Assembly (NCBI RefSeq): GCF_009914755.1
Contig: NC_060933.1
Reading direction: 5' to 3' (one strand)
DNA length: 64,000 bases
DNA from: the human T2T-CHM13v2.0 reference genome, Homo sapiens
Shown: positions 41,001 through 54,400 of the stretch, piece after piece
Numbering within the stretch: the first letter of the stretch is position 1
Layout: every line of letters begins with the position of its first letter
Translations under genes and position numbers: made by a program
The notes under the pieces: generated by a model
Told to the model about the DNA's origin: nothing
What the model saw: the letters and a program-made list of their open reading frames with translations, nothing else
Database searches by the model: none

Positions 41001-44000
41001 GTCAACTCGAGTGGAATGAAATGGAATGGAATGGAATGGAATCAATCATGGAAGGGAATGTAATGCAGTGGAAAGAAGGGAATGGAATCAACCCGAGTGG
41101 AATGCAAGGCAATGGAAAGGAATGGAAAGGAATGGAATGGAATCAACTCGATTGCAATGGAATGGAATGGAATGGAATGGAATGGAATGGAATGGAATTA
41201 ACCGGAATAGAATGGAATGGAATGGAATGGAACGGAATGGAATGGAATGGAATGGAAGGGAATGGAATCAACACGAGTGCAGGGGAATGGAATGGAATGG
41301 AATGCAATGGAATGGAATCATCCGGAATGGAATGGAATGGAATGGAGTCAACTCCATTGCAATGGAATGGAATGGAATGGAATGGAATAGAATGGAATGG
41401 AATTAACCCGAATAGAATGGAATGCAATAGAATGGAATGCAATGGAACCGAATGGAGTGGAATGGAATGGAATGGAATCAACCCGAGAACAGAGGAATGG
41501 AATGGAATGGAATGCAATGGAATGGAGTCATCCGTAATGGAATGGAAAGGAATGGAATGGAATGGAATGGAATGGAATGGAATGGAATGGAATGGAATCA
41601 ACTCGATGGCAATCGAATGGAATGGAATGGAATTAACCCGAATAGAATGGAATGGAATGGAATGGAACGGAACGGAATGGAATGGAATGGAATGGAATGG
41701 AATGGAACGGAACGGAACGGAATGGAATGGAATGGAATGGAATGGAATGGAATGGAATCAACGCGAGTGCAGGGGAATTGAATGGAATGGAATGCAATGG
41801 AATGGAATCTTCCGGAATGGAATGGAATGGAATGGAATGGAATGGAATGAAAGGCAATGGATTCAACTCGATTGCAATGGAATGGAATAGAATGGAATGG
41901 AATGGAATGGAATGGAATTGAATGTAATGGAATGCCTTCAAACCGAATGGAATGGAAAGGAATGGAATCAACACGAGTGGAAAGGAATGGAATGGAAAGG
42001 AATGGAAATGAATGGAATGGTACGGAATAGAACGGAATGGAACGAACTGGAATGGAATGGAATGGAATGGAATGGAATGGAATGGAATGGAATGGAATGG
42101 AATCGTTCCGAGTGGAATAGGAGGGAATGTATTCTAGTGGAATGGAAAGGAATGGAATCAACCAGAGTGGAATGGAAGGGAATGGAATGGAATGGAAACT
42201 AATAGAATGGAATCAACCCGAGTGGAATGGAATGGAAAGGACTGGAATGGAATGGAATGGAATGGAATGGAATGGAATCAACTCGATTGTAATGGAATGG
42301 AATGGAATGGGATGGAATGGAATGGAATTAACCCGAATACAATGGAATGGAATGGAATGGAACGGAATGGAGTGGAATGGAATGGAATCAACCCGAGTGC
42401 AGGGGAATGGAATGGAATGGAATGCAATGGAATGGAATCATCCGGAATGGAATGGAATGGAATGGAATGCAAAGCAATGGAATCAACTCGATTGCAACGG
42501 AATGGAATGGAATGGAAAGGAATACATTGGAATCAACCCGAGTGGAATGGAATGGAAAGGAATGGAATGGAGTGGAATGGAATGGAATGGAATGGAATGG
42601 AATTAACCCGAATAGAATGGAAAGGAATGGAATGGAACGGAACGGAACGGAACGGAATGGAATGGAATGGAATGGAATGGAATGGAATGGAATCAACCCG
42701 ACTGCAGGGGAATGGAATGGAATGGAATGCAATGGAATGGATTCAACTTGAATGGAATGGAAAGAATGGAATCAACACGAGTGGAATGGCATGGATTGGA
42801 ATGGAATGGAATGGAATCAACCCTAGTACAGGGGAATGGAATGGAATGTAATGCAATGGAATGGAATCATCCGTAATGGAATTTAAAGGAATGGAATGGA
42901 ATGGAATGGAATGGAATGGAATGGAATGGAATCAACTCGATTGCAATCGAATGGAATGGAATGGAATTAACCCGAATGGAATGCAATGGAATGGAATGGA
43001 AGGGAACGGAACGGAACGGAATGGAATGGAATGGAATGGAATGGAATGGAATGGAACGGAAAGGAATGGAATGGAATGGAATGGAATGGAATGGAATGGA
43101 ATGGAATGGAATCAACGCGAGTGCAGGGGAATGGAATGGAATGGAATGCAATGGAATGGGATCTTCCGGAATGGAATGGAATGGAATGGAATGGAATGGA
43201 ATGAAATGGAATAAACCCGAGTGCAATGGAATGGAGTGGAATGGAATGGAATGGAATGGAACAACCCGAATGGAATGGAATGTAATGGAGAGTAAGGGAG
43301 TTGAAAAGAATCAATCCGAATGTAATGGAATGGAATGGAACGGAATGGAATGGAATGGAATGGAATGGAATGGAATGCAATGGAATGGAATCAACCCGAG
43401 TGCAATCGAATGGAATCGAATGGAATGGAATGCAATGGAATGGATTCAACTTGAATGGAATGGAAAGAATGGAATCAACACGAGTGGAAGGGCATGGATT
43501 GGAATGCAATGGAATGGAATCAACCCGAGTACAGGGGAATGGAATGGAATGGAATGCAATGGAATGGAATCATCCGTAATGGAATGGAAAGGAATGGAAT
43601 GGAATGGAATGGAATGGAATGGAATGGAATTGAATCAACTCGATTGCAATCGAATGGAATGTAATGGAATTAACCCGAATTGAATGGAATTGAATGGAAT
43701 GGAACGGAATGGAATGGAATGGAATGGAACGGAATGGAATGGAACGGAATGGAATGGAATGGAATGGAATGGAATGGAATCAACCCGAGTGCAGGGGAAT
43801 GTAATGGAACGGAATGCAATGGAATGGAATCATCCGGAATGGAATGGAATGCAATGGAATGGAATGGAATCAACCCGAGTGCAATGGAATGGAGTGGAAT
43901 GGAATGGAATGGAATGGAACAACCCGAATGGAATGGAATGTAATGGAGAGTAAGGGAGTTGAATAGAATCAATCCGAATGTAATGGAATGAAACGGAATG

Positions 44001-47000
44001 GAATGGAATGGAATCAACCCGACTGCAGGGGAATGGAATGGAATGGAATGCAATGGAATGGATTCAACTTGAATGGAATGGAAAGAATGGAATCAACACG
44101 AGTGGAATGGCATGGATTGGAATGGAATGGAATGGAATCAACCCGAGTACAGGGGAATGGAATGGAATGGAATGCAATGGAATGGAATCATCCGTAATGG
44201 AATGGAAAGGAATGGAATGGAATGGAATGAAATGGAATCAAATCGATTGCAATCGAATGGAATGGAATGGAATTAACCCGAATAGAATGGAATGGAATGG
44301 AATGGAACGGAGCGGAACGGAACGGAACGGCATGGAATGGAATGGAATGGAATGGAATGGAATGGAATGAACGCGAGTGCAGGGGAATGGAATGGAATGG
44401 AATGCAATGGAATGGAATCTTCTGGAATGGAATGGAATGGAATGCAATGGAATGGAATGGAATAAACCCGAGTGCAATGGAATGGAGTGGAATGGAATGG
44501 AATGGAATGGAACAACCCGAATGGAATGGAATGTAATGGAGAGTAAGGGAGTTGAAAAGAATCAATCCGAATGTAATGGAATGGAATGGAACGCAATGGA
44601 ATGGAATGGAATGGAATGGAATGGAATGGAATGCAATGGAATGGAATCAACCCGAGTATAATGGAATGGAATGGAATGGAATGGAATGGAATGCAATGGA
44701 ATGGAATCTTCCGGAATGGAATGGAATGGAATGCAATGGAATAAACCCGAGTGCAATGGAATGGAGTGGAATGGAATGGAATGGAATGGAACAACCCGAA
44801 TGGAATGGAATGTAATGGAGAGTAAGGGAGTTGAATAGAATCAATCCGAATGTAATGGAATGGAATGGAACGGAATGGAATTGAATGGAATGGAATGGAA
44901 TGCAATGGAATGGAATCAACCCGAGTGCAATGGAATGGAGAGGAATGGAATGGAATGGAATGGAAACTACCCGAATGGAATGGAATGTAATGGAGTGTAA
45001 GGGAATTGAATAGAATCAATCCGACTGTAATGGAATGGAATGGAACGGAATGGAATGGAATGGAATGCAGTGGAATGGAATGGAATTCAATGGAATGGAA
45101 TCAACCCGAGTGCAATCGAATGGAATCGAATGGAATGGAATGCAATGGAATGGATTCATCTTGAATGGAATGGAAAGAATGGAATCAACACGAGTGGAAT
45201 GGCATGGATTGGAATGGAATGGAATGGAATCAACTCGATGGCAATCGAATGGAATGGAATGGAATTAACCCGAATAGAATGGAATGGAATGGAATGGAAC
45301 GGAACGGAATGGAATGGAATGGAATGGAATGGAATGGAACGGAATGGAATGGAATGGAATGGAATGGAATGGAATGGAATGCCTTCAAAGCGAATGGAAT
45401 GGAAAGGAATGGAATCAACACGAGTGGAAAGGAATGGAATGGAAAGGAATGGAATGGAATGGAATGGTACGGAATAGAACGGAATGGAACGAACTGGAAT
45501 GGAATGGAATGGAATGGAATCAACACGATTGCAATCGAATGGAATGGAATGGAATTAACCCGAACAGAATGGAATGGAATGGAATGGAACGGAACGGAAT
45601 GGAATGGAATGGAATGGAATGGAATGGAATGGAACGGAACGGAATGGAATGGAATGGAATGGAATGGATTGGAATGGAATCAACGCGAGTGCAGGGGATT
45701 GGAATGTAATGGAAAGCAATGGAATGGAATCTTCCGGAATGGAATGGAATGGAATGAAATGCAATGGATTCAACTCGATTCCAATGGAATGGAATAGAAT
45801 GGAATGGAATGGGATTAACCCGTATAGAATGGAATGGAATGGAATGGAACGGAATGGAATGGAATGGAATGGAATGGAATGGAATGGAATGGTATGGAAT
45901 GGAATGGAATGGTACGGAATAGAATGGAATGGAACGAATTGTAATGGAATGGAATTGAATGGAATGGAATGGAATGGAATGGAATCAACGCGAGTGCAGG
46001 GGAATGTAATGGAACGGAATGCAATGGAATGGAATCATCCGGAATGGAATGGAATGGAATGGAATGGAATGGAATCAACCCGAGTGCAATGGAATGGAAT
46101 GGAATGGAATGGAATGGAACAACCCGAATGGAATGGAATGTAATGGAGAGTAAGGGAGTTGAATAGAATCAATCCGAATGTAATGGAATGGAATGCAACG
46201 GAATGGAATGGAATGGAATGGAATGGAATGGAATGGAATGCAAAGGAATGGAATCAACCCGAGTGGAATGGCATGGAATGGAATGCAATGGATTGGAATG
46301 GAATGGAATCAACTCGAGTGGAAAGGAATGGAATGGAATGGAAAGGAATGGAATGAAGTCAACTCGAGTGGAATGGAATGGAATGGAATGGATTGGAATG
46401 GATTGCAATGGAATGAAATGGAATGGAATGGAATGGAATCAATCATGGAAGGGAATGTAATGGAGTGGAAAGAAGGGAATGGAATCAACCCGAGTGGAAT
46501 GCAAGGCAATGGAATGGAATGGAAAGGAATGGAATGGAATCAACTCGATTGCAATGGAATGGAATGGAATGGAATGGAATGGAATTAACCGGAATAGAAT
46601 GGAATGGAATGGAATGGAACGGAATGGAATGGAATGGAAGGGAATGGAATCAACACGAGTGCAGGGGAATGGAATGGAATGGAATGCAATGGAATGGAAT
46701 CATCCGGAATGGAATGGAATGGAATGGAATCAACTCCATTGCAATGGAATGGAATGGAATGGAATGGAATAGAATGGAATGGAATTAACACGAATAGATG
46801 GAATGCAATAGAATGGAATGCAACGGAACCGAATGGAGTGGAATGGAATGGAATGGAATCAACCCGAGTACAGGGGAATGGAATGGAATGGAATGCAATG
46901 GAATGGAGTCATACGTAATGGAATGGAAAGGAATGGAATGGAATGGAATGGAATGGAATGGAATGGAATGGAATCAACTCGATGGCAATCGAATGGAATG

Positions 47001-50000
47001 GAATGGAATTAACCCGAATAGAATGGAATGGAATGGAATGGAACTGAACGGAATGGAATGGAATGGAATGGAATGGAATGGAATGGAACGGAACAGAATG
47101 GAATGGAATGGAATGGAATGGAATGGAATCAACGCGAGTGCAGGGGAATGGAATGGAATGGAATGCAATGGAATGGAATCTTCCGGAATGGAATGGAATG
47201 GAATGAAAGGCAATGGATTCAACTCGATTGCAATGCAATGGAATAGAATGGAAGGGAATGGAATGGAATGGAATGGAATGGAATGGAATGGAATGGAATG
47301 CCTTCAAACCGAATGGAATGGAAAGGAATGGAATCAACACGAGTGGAAAGGAATGGAATGGAAAGGAATGGAATGGAATGGAATGGTATGGAATAGAACG
47401 GAATGGAACGAACTGGAATGGAATGGAATGGAATGGAATGGAATGGAATCAACTCGATTGGAATGGAATGGAATGGAATGGAATGGAATTAACCCGAATA
47501 GAATGGAATGGAATGGAATGGAACGGAACGGAACGGAACGGAATGGAATGGAATGGAATGGAATGGAATGGAATGGAATGGAATCAACCCGACTGCAGGG
47601 GAATGGAATGGAATGGAATGCAATGGAATGGATTCAACTTGAATGGAATGGAAAGAATGGAATCAACACGAGTGGAATGGCATGGATTGGAATGGAATGG
47701 AATGGAATCAACCCGAGTACAGGGGAATGGAATGGAATGGAATGCAATGGAATGGAATCATCCGTAATGGAATGGAAAGGAATGGAATGGAATGGAATGA
47801 AATGGAACCAAATCGATTGCAATCGAATGGAATGGAATGGAATTAACCCGAATAGAATGGAATGGAATGGAATGGAACGGAGCGGAACGGAACGGAATGG
47901 CATGGAATGGAATGGAAAGGAATTGAATGGAATGGAATGAACGCGAGTGCAGGGGAATGGAATGGAATGGAATGCAATGGAATGGAATCTTCTGGAATGG
48001 AATGGAATGGAATGCAATGGAATGGAATGGAATAAACCCGAGTGCAATGGAATGGAGTGGAATGGAATGGAATGGAATGGAACAACCCGAATGGAATGGA
48101 ATGTAATGGAGAGTAAGGGAGTTGAAAAGAATCAATCCGAATGTAATGGAATGGAATGGAACGGAATGGAATGGAATGGAATGGAATGGAATGGAATGGA
48201 ATGGAATGCAATGGAATGGAATCAACCCGAGTACAACGGAATGGAATGGAATGGAATGGAATGGAATGGAATGGAATGGAATGGAATGCAATGGAATGGA
48301 ATCTTCCGGAATGGAATGGAATGGAATGGAATGGAATGGAATGGAATGGAATAAACCCGAGTGCAATGGAATGGAGTGGAATGGAATGGAATGGAATGGA
48401 ACAACCCGAATGGAATGGAATGTAATGGAGAGTAGGGGAGTTGAATAGAATCAATCCGAATGTAATGGAATGGAATGGAACGGAATGGAATTGAATGGAA
48501 TGGAATGGAATGCAATGGAATGGAATCAACCCGAGTGCAATGGAATGGAGAGGAATGGAATGGAATGGAATGGAAACTACCCGAATGGAATGGAATGTAA
48601 TGGAGTGTAAGGGAATTGAATAGAATCAATCCGACTGTAATGGAATGGAATGGAACGGAATGGAATGGAATGGAATGCAGTGGAATGGAATGGAATGCAA
48701 TGGAATGGAATCAACCCGAGTGCAATCGAATGGAATCGAATGGAATGGAATGCAATGGAATGGATTCATCTTGAATGGAATGGAAAGAATGGAATCAACA
48801 CGAGTGGAATGGCATGGATTGGAATGCAATGGAGTGGAATCAACCCGAGTACAGGGGAATCGAATGGAATGGAATGCAATGGAATGGAACCATCCGTAGT
48901 GGAATGGAAAGGAATGGAATGGAATGGAATGGAATGGAATGGAATGGAATCAACACGATTGCAATAGAATGGAATGGAATGGAATTAACCCGAAAAGAAT
49001 GGAATGGAATGGAATGGAACGGAACGGAATGGAATGGAATGGAACGGAATGGAATGGAATTGAATGGAATGGAATGGAATGGAATCAACGCGAGTGCAGG
49101 GGAATGGAATGTAGTGGAATGCAATGGAATGGAATCTTCCGGAATGGAATGGAGTGGAATGGAATGGAATCAACCCGAGTGCAATGGAATGGAGTGGAAT
49201 GGAATGGAATGGAATGGAACAACCAGAATGGAATCGAATGTAATGGAGAGTAAGGGAGTTGAATAGAATCAATCCGAATGTAATGGAATGGAATGGAAAG
49301 GAATGGAATTGAATGGAATGGAATGGAATGCAATGGAATGGAATCAACCCGAGTGCAATGGAATGGAGAGGAATGGAATGGAATGGAGTGGAAACTACCC
49401 GAATGGAATGGAATGTAATGGAGTGTAAGGGAATTGAATAGAATCAATCCGAATATAATGGAAAGGAATGGAACGGAATGGAATGGAATGGAATGGAATG
49501 GAATGGAATGGAATGCAATGGAAAGAAATCAACCCGAGTGCAATCGAATGGAATCGAATGGAATGGAATGCAATGGAATGAAATCAACTCGATTGCAATC
49601 GAATGGAATGGAATGGAATTAACCCGAATAGAATGGAATGGAATGGAATGGAAAGGAACGGAACAGAACGGAATGGAATGGAATGTAATGGAATGGAATG
49701 GAATGGAATGGAATCAACCCGACTGAAGGGGAATGGAATGGAATGGAATGCAATGGAATGAATTCAACTTGAATGGAATGGAAAGAATGGAATCAACACG
49801 AGTGGAATGGCATGGATTGCAATGGAATGGAATGGAATCAACCCGAGTACAGGGGAATGGAATGGAATGGAATGCAATGGAATGGAATCATCCGTAATGG
49901 AATGGAAAGGAATGGAATGGAATGGAATGGAATGGAATGGAATGGAATGGAATGGAATCAACTCGATTTCAATGGAATGGAATGGAATGGAATTAACCCG

Positions 50001-51436
50001 AATAGAATGGAATGGAACGGAATGGAACGCAATGGAATGGAATCATCCGGAACGGAACGGAATGGAATGGAATGGAATCAACTCGATTGCAATGGAATGG
50101 AATGGAATGGAATGGAATGGAATGGAGTGGATTCAACCCGAGTGAAGGGGAATGGAATGGAATTGAATGCAATGGAATGGAATCATCCGGAATGGAATGG
50201 AATGGAATGGAATGGAATGAACCCGATGCAATGGAATGGAATGGAATGGAATGGAATGGAATGGAATGGAATGGAATGGAAAAATCCCGAATGGAATGGA
50301 ATGTAATGGAGTGTAAGGGAATTGAATAGAATCAGTCCGAATGTAATGGAATGGAATGGAATGAAATGGAATGGAATGGAATAGAATGGAATCAACCCGA
50401 GTGGAATGGAATGCAAAGGACTGGAATGCACTGGAATGGAATGGAATGGAATGGAATCAAATCGATTGCAATGGAATGGAATGGAATGGAATCAACTCGA
50501 TTACAATGGAATGGAATGGAATGGAATGGAATGGAATTAACCCGAATAGAATGGAATGGAATGGAATGGAACGGAATGTAATGGAATGAAATGGAATGGA
50601 ATCAACCCGAGTGCAGGGGAATGGAATGGAATGGAATGCAATGGAATGGAATCATCCGGAATGGAATTGAATGGAATGGAATGGAATGGAATGGAATGGA
50701 ATGGAATGGAATGGAATCAACTCGATTGCAATGGAATGGAATGGAATGGAAGGGAATGGAAGGGAATGGAGTGGAATGTAATCAACCCGAGTGCAGGGGA
50801 ATGGAATGGAATGGAATGCAATGGAATGGAATCATCCGGAATGGAATGGAATGGAATGGAATGCAATCAACCCAATGCAATGGAATGGAGTGGAATGGAA
50901 TGGAAAGGAATGGAAACATCCCGAATGGAACGGAATGGAATGGAGTGTAAGGGAATTGAATAGAATCAATCCGAATTTAATGGAATGCAATGGAATGAAA
51001 TGGAATGGAATGGAATGGAATGGAATCAACCCGAGTGCAATGGAATGGATACGAATGGAATGGAATGGAATGGATTCAACAAGAATGGAAGGGAAAGGAA
51101 TGGAATCAACCCGAGTGTAATGGCATGGAATGGAATGGAATGGAATGGAATGGGATGGAATGGAATGGTACGGAATAGAATGGAATGGAATGAAATGGAA
51201 TGGAATGGAATGGAATGGAATGGAATGGAATGGAATGAACCCGTGTGCAATGTAATGGAATGGAATGGAATGGAATGGATTCAACTCGAATGGAATCAAC
51301 TCGATTGCAATGGAATGGAATGGAATGGAAAGGAATAGAATGGAATCAACCCGAGTGGAATGGAATGGAAAGGACTGGAATGGAGTGGAATGGAATGGAA
51401 TGGAATTAACCCGAATAGAATGGAATGGAATGGAAT

Positions 51437-51481
51437 GGAACGGAACGGAACGGAACGGAACGGAACGGAACGGAACGGAAC
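51437..51481 (+). repeat. (GGAAC)9 variant-pentamer run
   Basis: Nine consecutive GGAAC units, the longest such run seen in the window. Confidence 0.9.
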
Positions 51482-54400
51482 GGAATGGAATGGAATGGAA
51501 TGGAATGGAATGGAATGGAATGGAATTAACACGAATAGAATGGAATGGAATTGAATTGAATGGAATGGAATGGAACAGAAAGGAATGGAATGGAATGGAA
51601 TGGAATCAACCCAAGTGCAGGGGAATGGAATGGAATCATCCGGAATGGAATGGAATGGAATGGAATGGAATGGAATGGAATGGAATGGAATCAACCCGAG
51701 TGCAATGGAATGGAGAGGAATGGAATGGAATGGAATGGAAACTACCCGAATGCAATGTAATGTAATGGAGTGTAAGGGAATTGAATAGAATGCATCCGAA
51801 TGGAATGGAATGGAATGGAAAGGAATGGAATGGAATGGAATGGAATGGAATGGAATGCAATGCCATGGAATCAACACGAGTGCAATCGAATGGAATCGAA
51901 TGGAATGGAATGCAATGGAATAGATTCATCTTGAATGGAATGGAAATAATGGAATCAACACGAGTGGAATGGCATGGATTGGAATGGAATGGAATGGAAT
52001 CAACCCGAGTACAGGGGAATGGAATGGAATGGAATGAAACGGAATGGAATCATCCGTAATGTAATGGAAAGGAATGGAATGGAATGGAATGGAATGGAAT
52101 GGAATCAACTCGATTGCAATCGAATGGAGTGGAATGGAATAAACACGAATAGAATGGAATGGAATGGAATGGAATGGAACGGAACGGAATGGAATGGAAT
52201 GGAATGGAATGGATCGGAACGGAACGGAACGGAATGGAATGGAATGGAATGGAATGGAATCAACCCGAGTACAGGGGAATGGAATGGAATGGAATGCAAT
52301 GGAACGGAATCATCCGTAATGGAATGGAAAGGAATGGAATGGAATGGAATGGAATGGAATGGAATTAACTCGATTGCAATCGAATGGAATGGAATGGAAT
52401 TAACCCGAATAGAATGGAATGGAATGGAACGGAATGGAACGGAACGGAATGGAAAGGAATGGAATGGAACGGAATGGAACGGAATGCAATGCAATGGAAT
52501 GGAATGGAATGGAATCAACGCGAGTGCAGGGGAATGGAATGGAATGGATTGCAATGGAATGGAATCTTCCGGAATGGAATGGAATGGAATGGAATGCAAT
52601 GGATTCAACTCGATTGCAATGGAATGGAATAGAATAGAATGGAATGGAATGGAATGGAATTAACCCGAATAGAATGGAATGGAATGGAATGGAATGGAAC
52701 GGAATGGAACGGAATGGAATGGAATGGAATGGAATGGAATGGAATGGTATGGAATGGAATGGAATCGAATGGTACGGAATAGAATGGAATGGAACGAATT
52801 GGAATGGAATGGAATCGAATGGAATCGAATGGAATGGAATGGAATCAACCCGAATGCAGGGGAATGTAATCGAACGGAATGCAATGGAATGGAATCATCC
52901 GGAATGGAATGGAATGGAATGGAATGGAATGGAATCAACCCGAGTGCAATGGAATGGAGTGGAATGGAATGGAATGGAATGGAACAACCCGAATGGAATG
53001 GAATGTAATGGAGAGTAAGGGAGTTGAATAGAATCAATCCGAATGTAATGGAAAGGAATCGAACGGAATGGAATTGAATGGAATGGAATGGAATGGAATG
53101 CAATGGAATGGAATCAACCCGAGTACAATGGAATGGAATGGAATGGAATGGAATCAACCCGAGTGCAATGGAATAGAGAGGAATGGAATGGAAAGGAATG
53201 GAAACTAACCGAATCGAATGGAATGTAATGGAGTGTAAGGGAATTGAATAGAATCAATCCGAATGGAATGGAATGGAATGGAACGGAATGTAATGCAATG
53301 GAATGGAATGGAATCAACCCGAGTGCAGGGTAATGGAATGGAATGGAATGCAATGGAATGGAATCATCCGGAATGGAATGGATTGGAATGGAATGGAATT
53401 AACCCGAGTGCAAAGGAATGGAGTGAAATGGAATGGAATGGAAGGGAAACAACCAGAATGGATTGGAATATAATGGAGTGTAAGGGAATTGAATAGAATC
53501 AATCTGAATGTAATGAAATGGAATGGAACGGAATGGAATTGAGTGGAATGGAAAGGAATGCAATGGAATGGAATCAACCCGAGTGCAATCGAATGGAATC
53601 GAATGGAATGGAATGCAATGGAATGGATGCAACTTGAATGGAATGGAAAGAATGGGATCAACACGATTGGAATGGCATGGATTGGAATGGAATGGAATGG
53701 AATCAACCCGAGTACAGGGGAATGGAATGGAATGGAATGCAATGGAATGGAATCATCCGTAATGGAATGGAAAGGAATGGAATGGAATGGAATGGAATGG
53801 AATGGAATGGAATGGAATGGAATCAACTCGATTGCAATCGAATGGAATGGAATGGAATTAACCCGAATAGAATGGAATGGAATGGAATGGAATGGAACGG
53901 AACGTAATGGAATGGAATGGAATCAACGCGAGTGCAGGGGAATGGAATGGAATGGAATGCAATGGGATGGAAACTTCCGGAATGGAATGGAATGGAATGG
54001 AATGGAATGGAATCAACCCGAGTACAGGGGAATGGAATGGAATGGAATGCAATGGAATGGAAACATCCGTAATGGAATGGAAAGGAATGGAATGGAATGG
54101 AATGGAATGGAATGGAATGGAATGGAATGGAATCAACTCGATTGCAATCGAACGGAATGGAATGGAATGGAATGGAATGGAATCAACTCGATTGCAATGG
54201 AATGGAATGGAATGGAATGGAATGGAATAGAATTAACCCGAATAGAATTGAATGGAATGGAATGGAAAGGAATGGAAGGAAATGGAATGGAATGTAATCA
54301 ACCCAAGTGCAGGGGAATGGAATGGAATTGAATGCAATGGAATGGAATCATCCGGAATGGAATGGAATGGAATGGAATGGAATGAACCCGATGCAATGGA

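Noticed and set aside
44010-48800. 3.57 kb offset suggesting the Y-chromosome DYZ1 unit
   Set aside because: Only ~1.2 kb matches at that offset, and there is no sustained 3.56 kb periodicity in the window.
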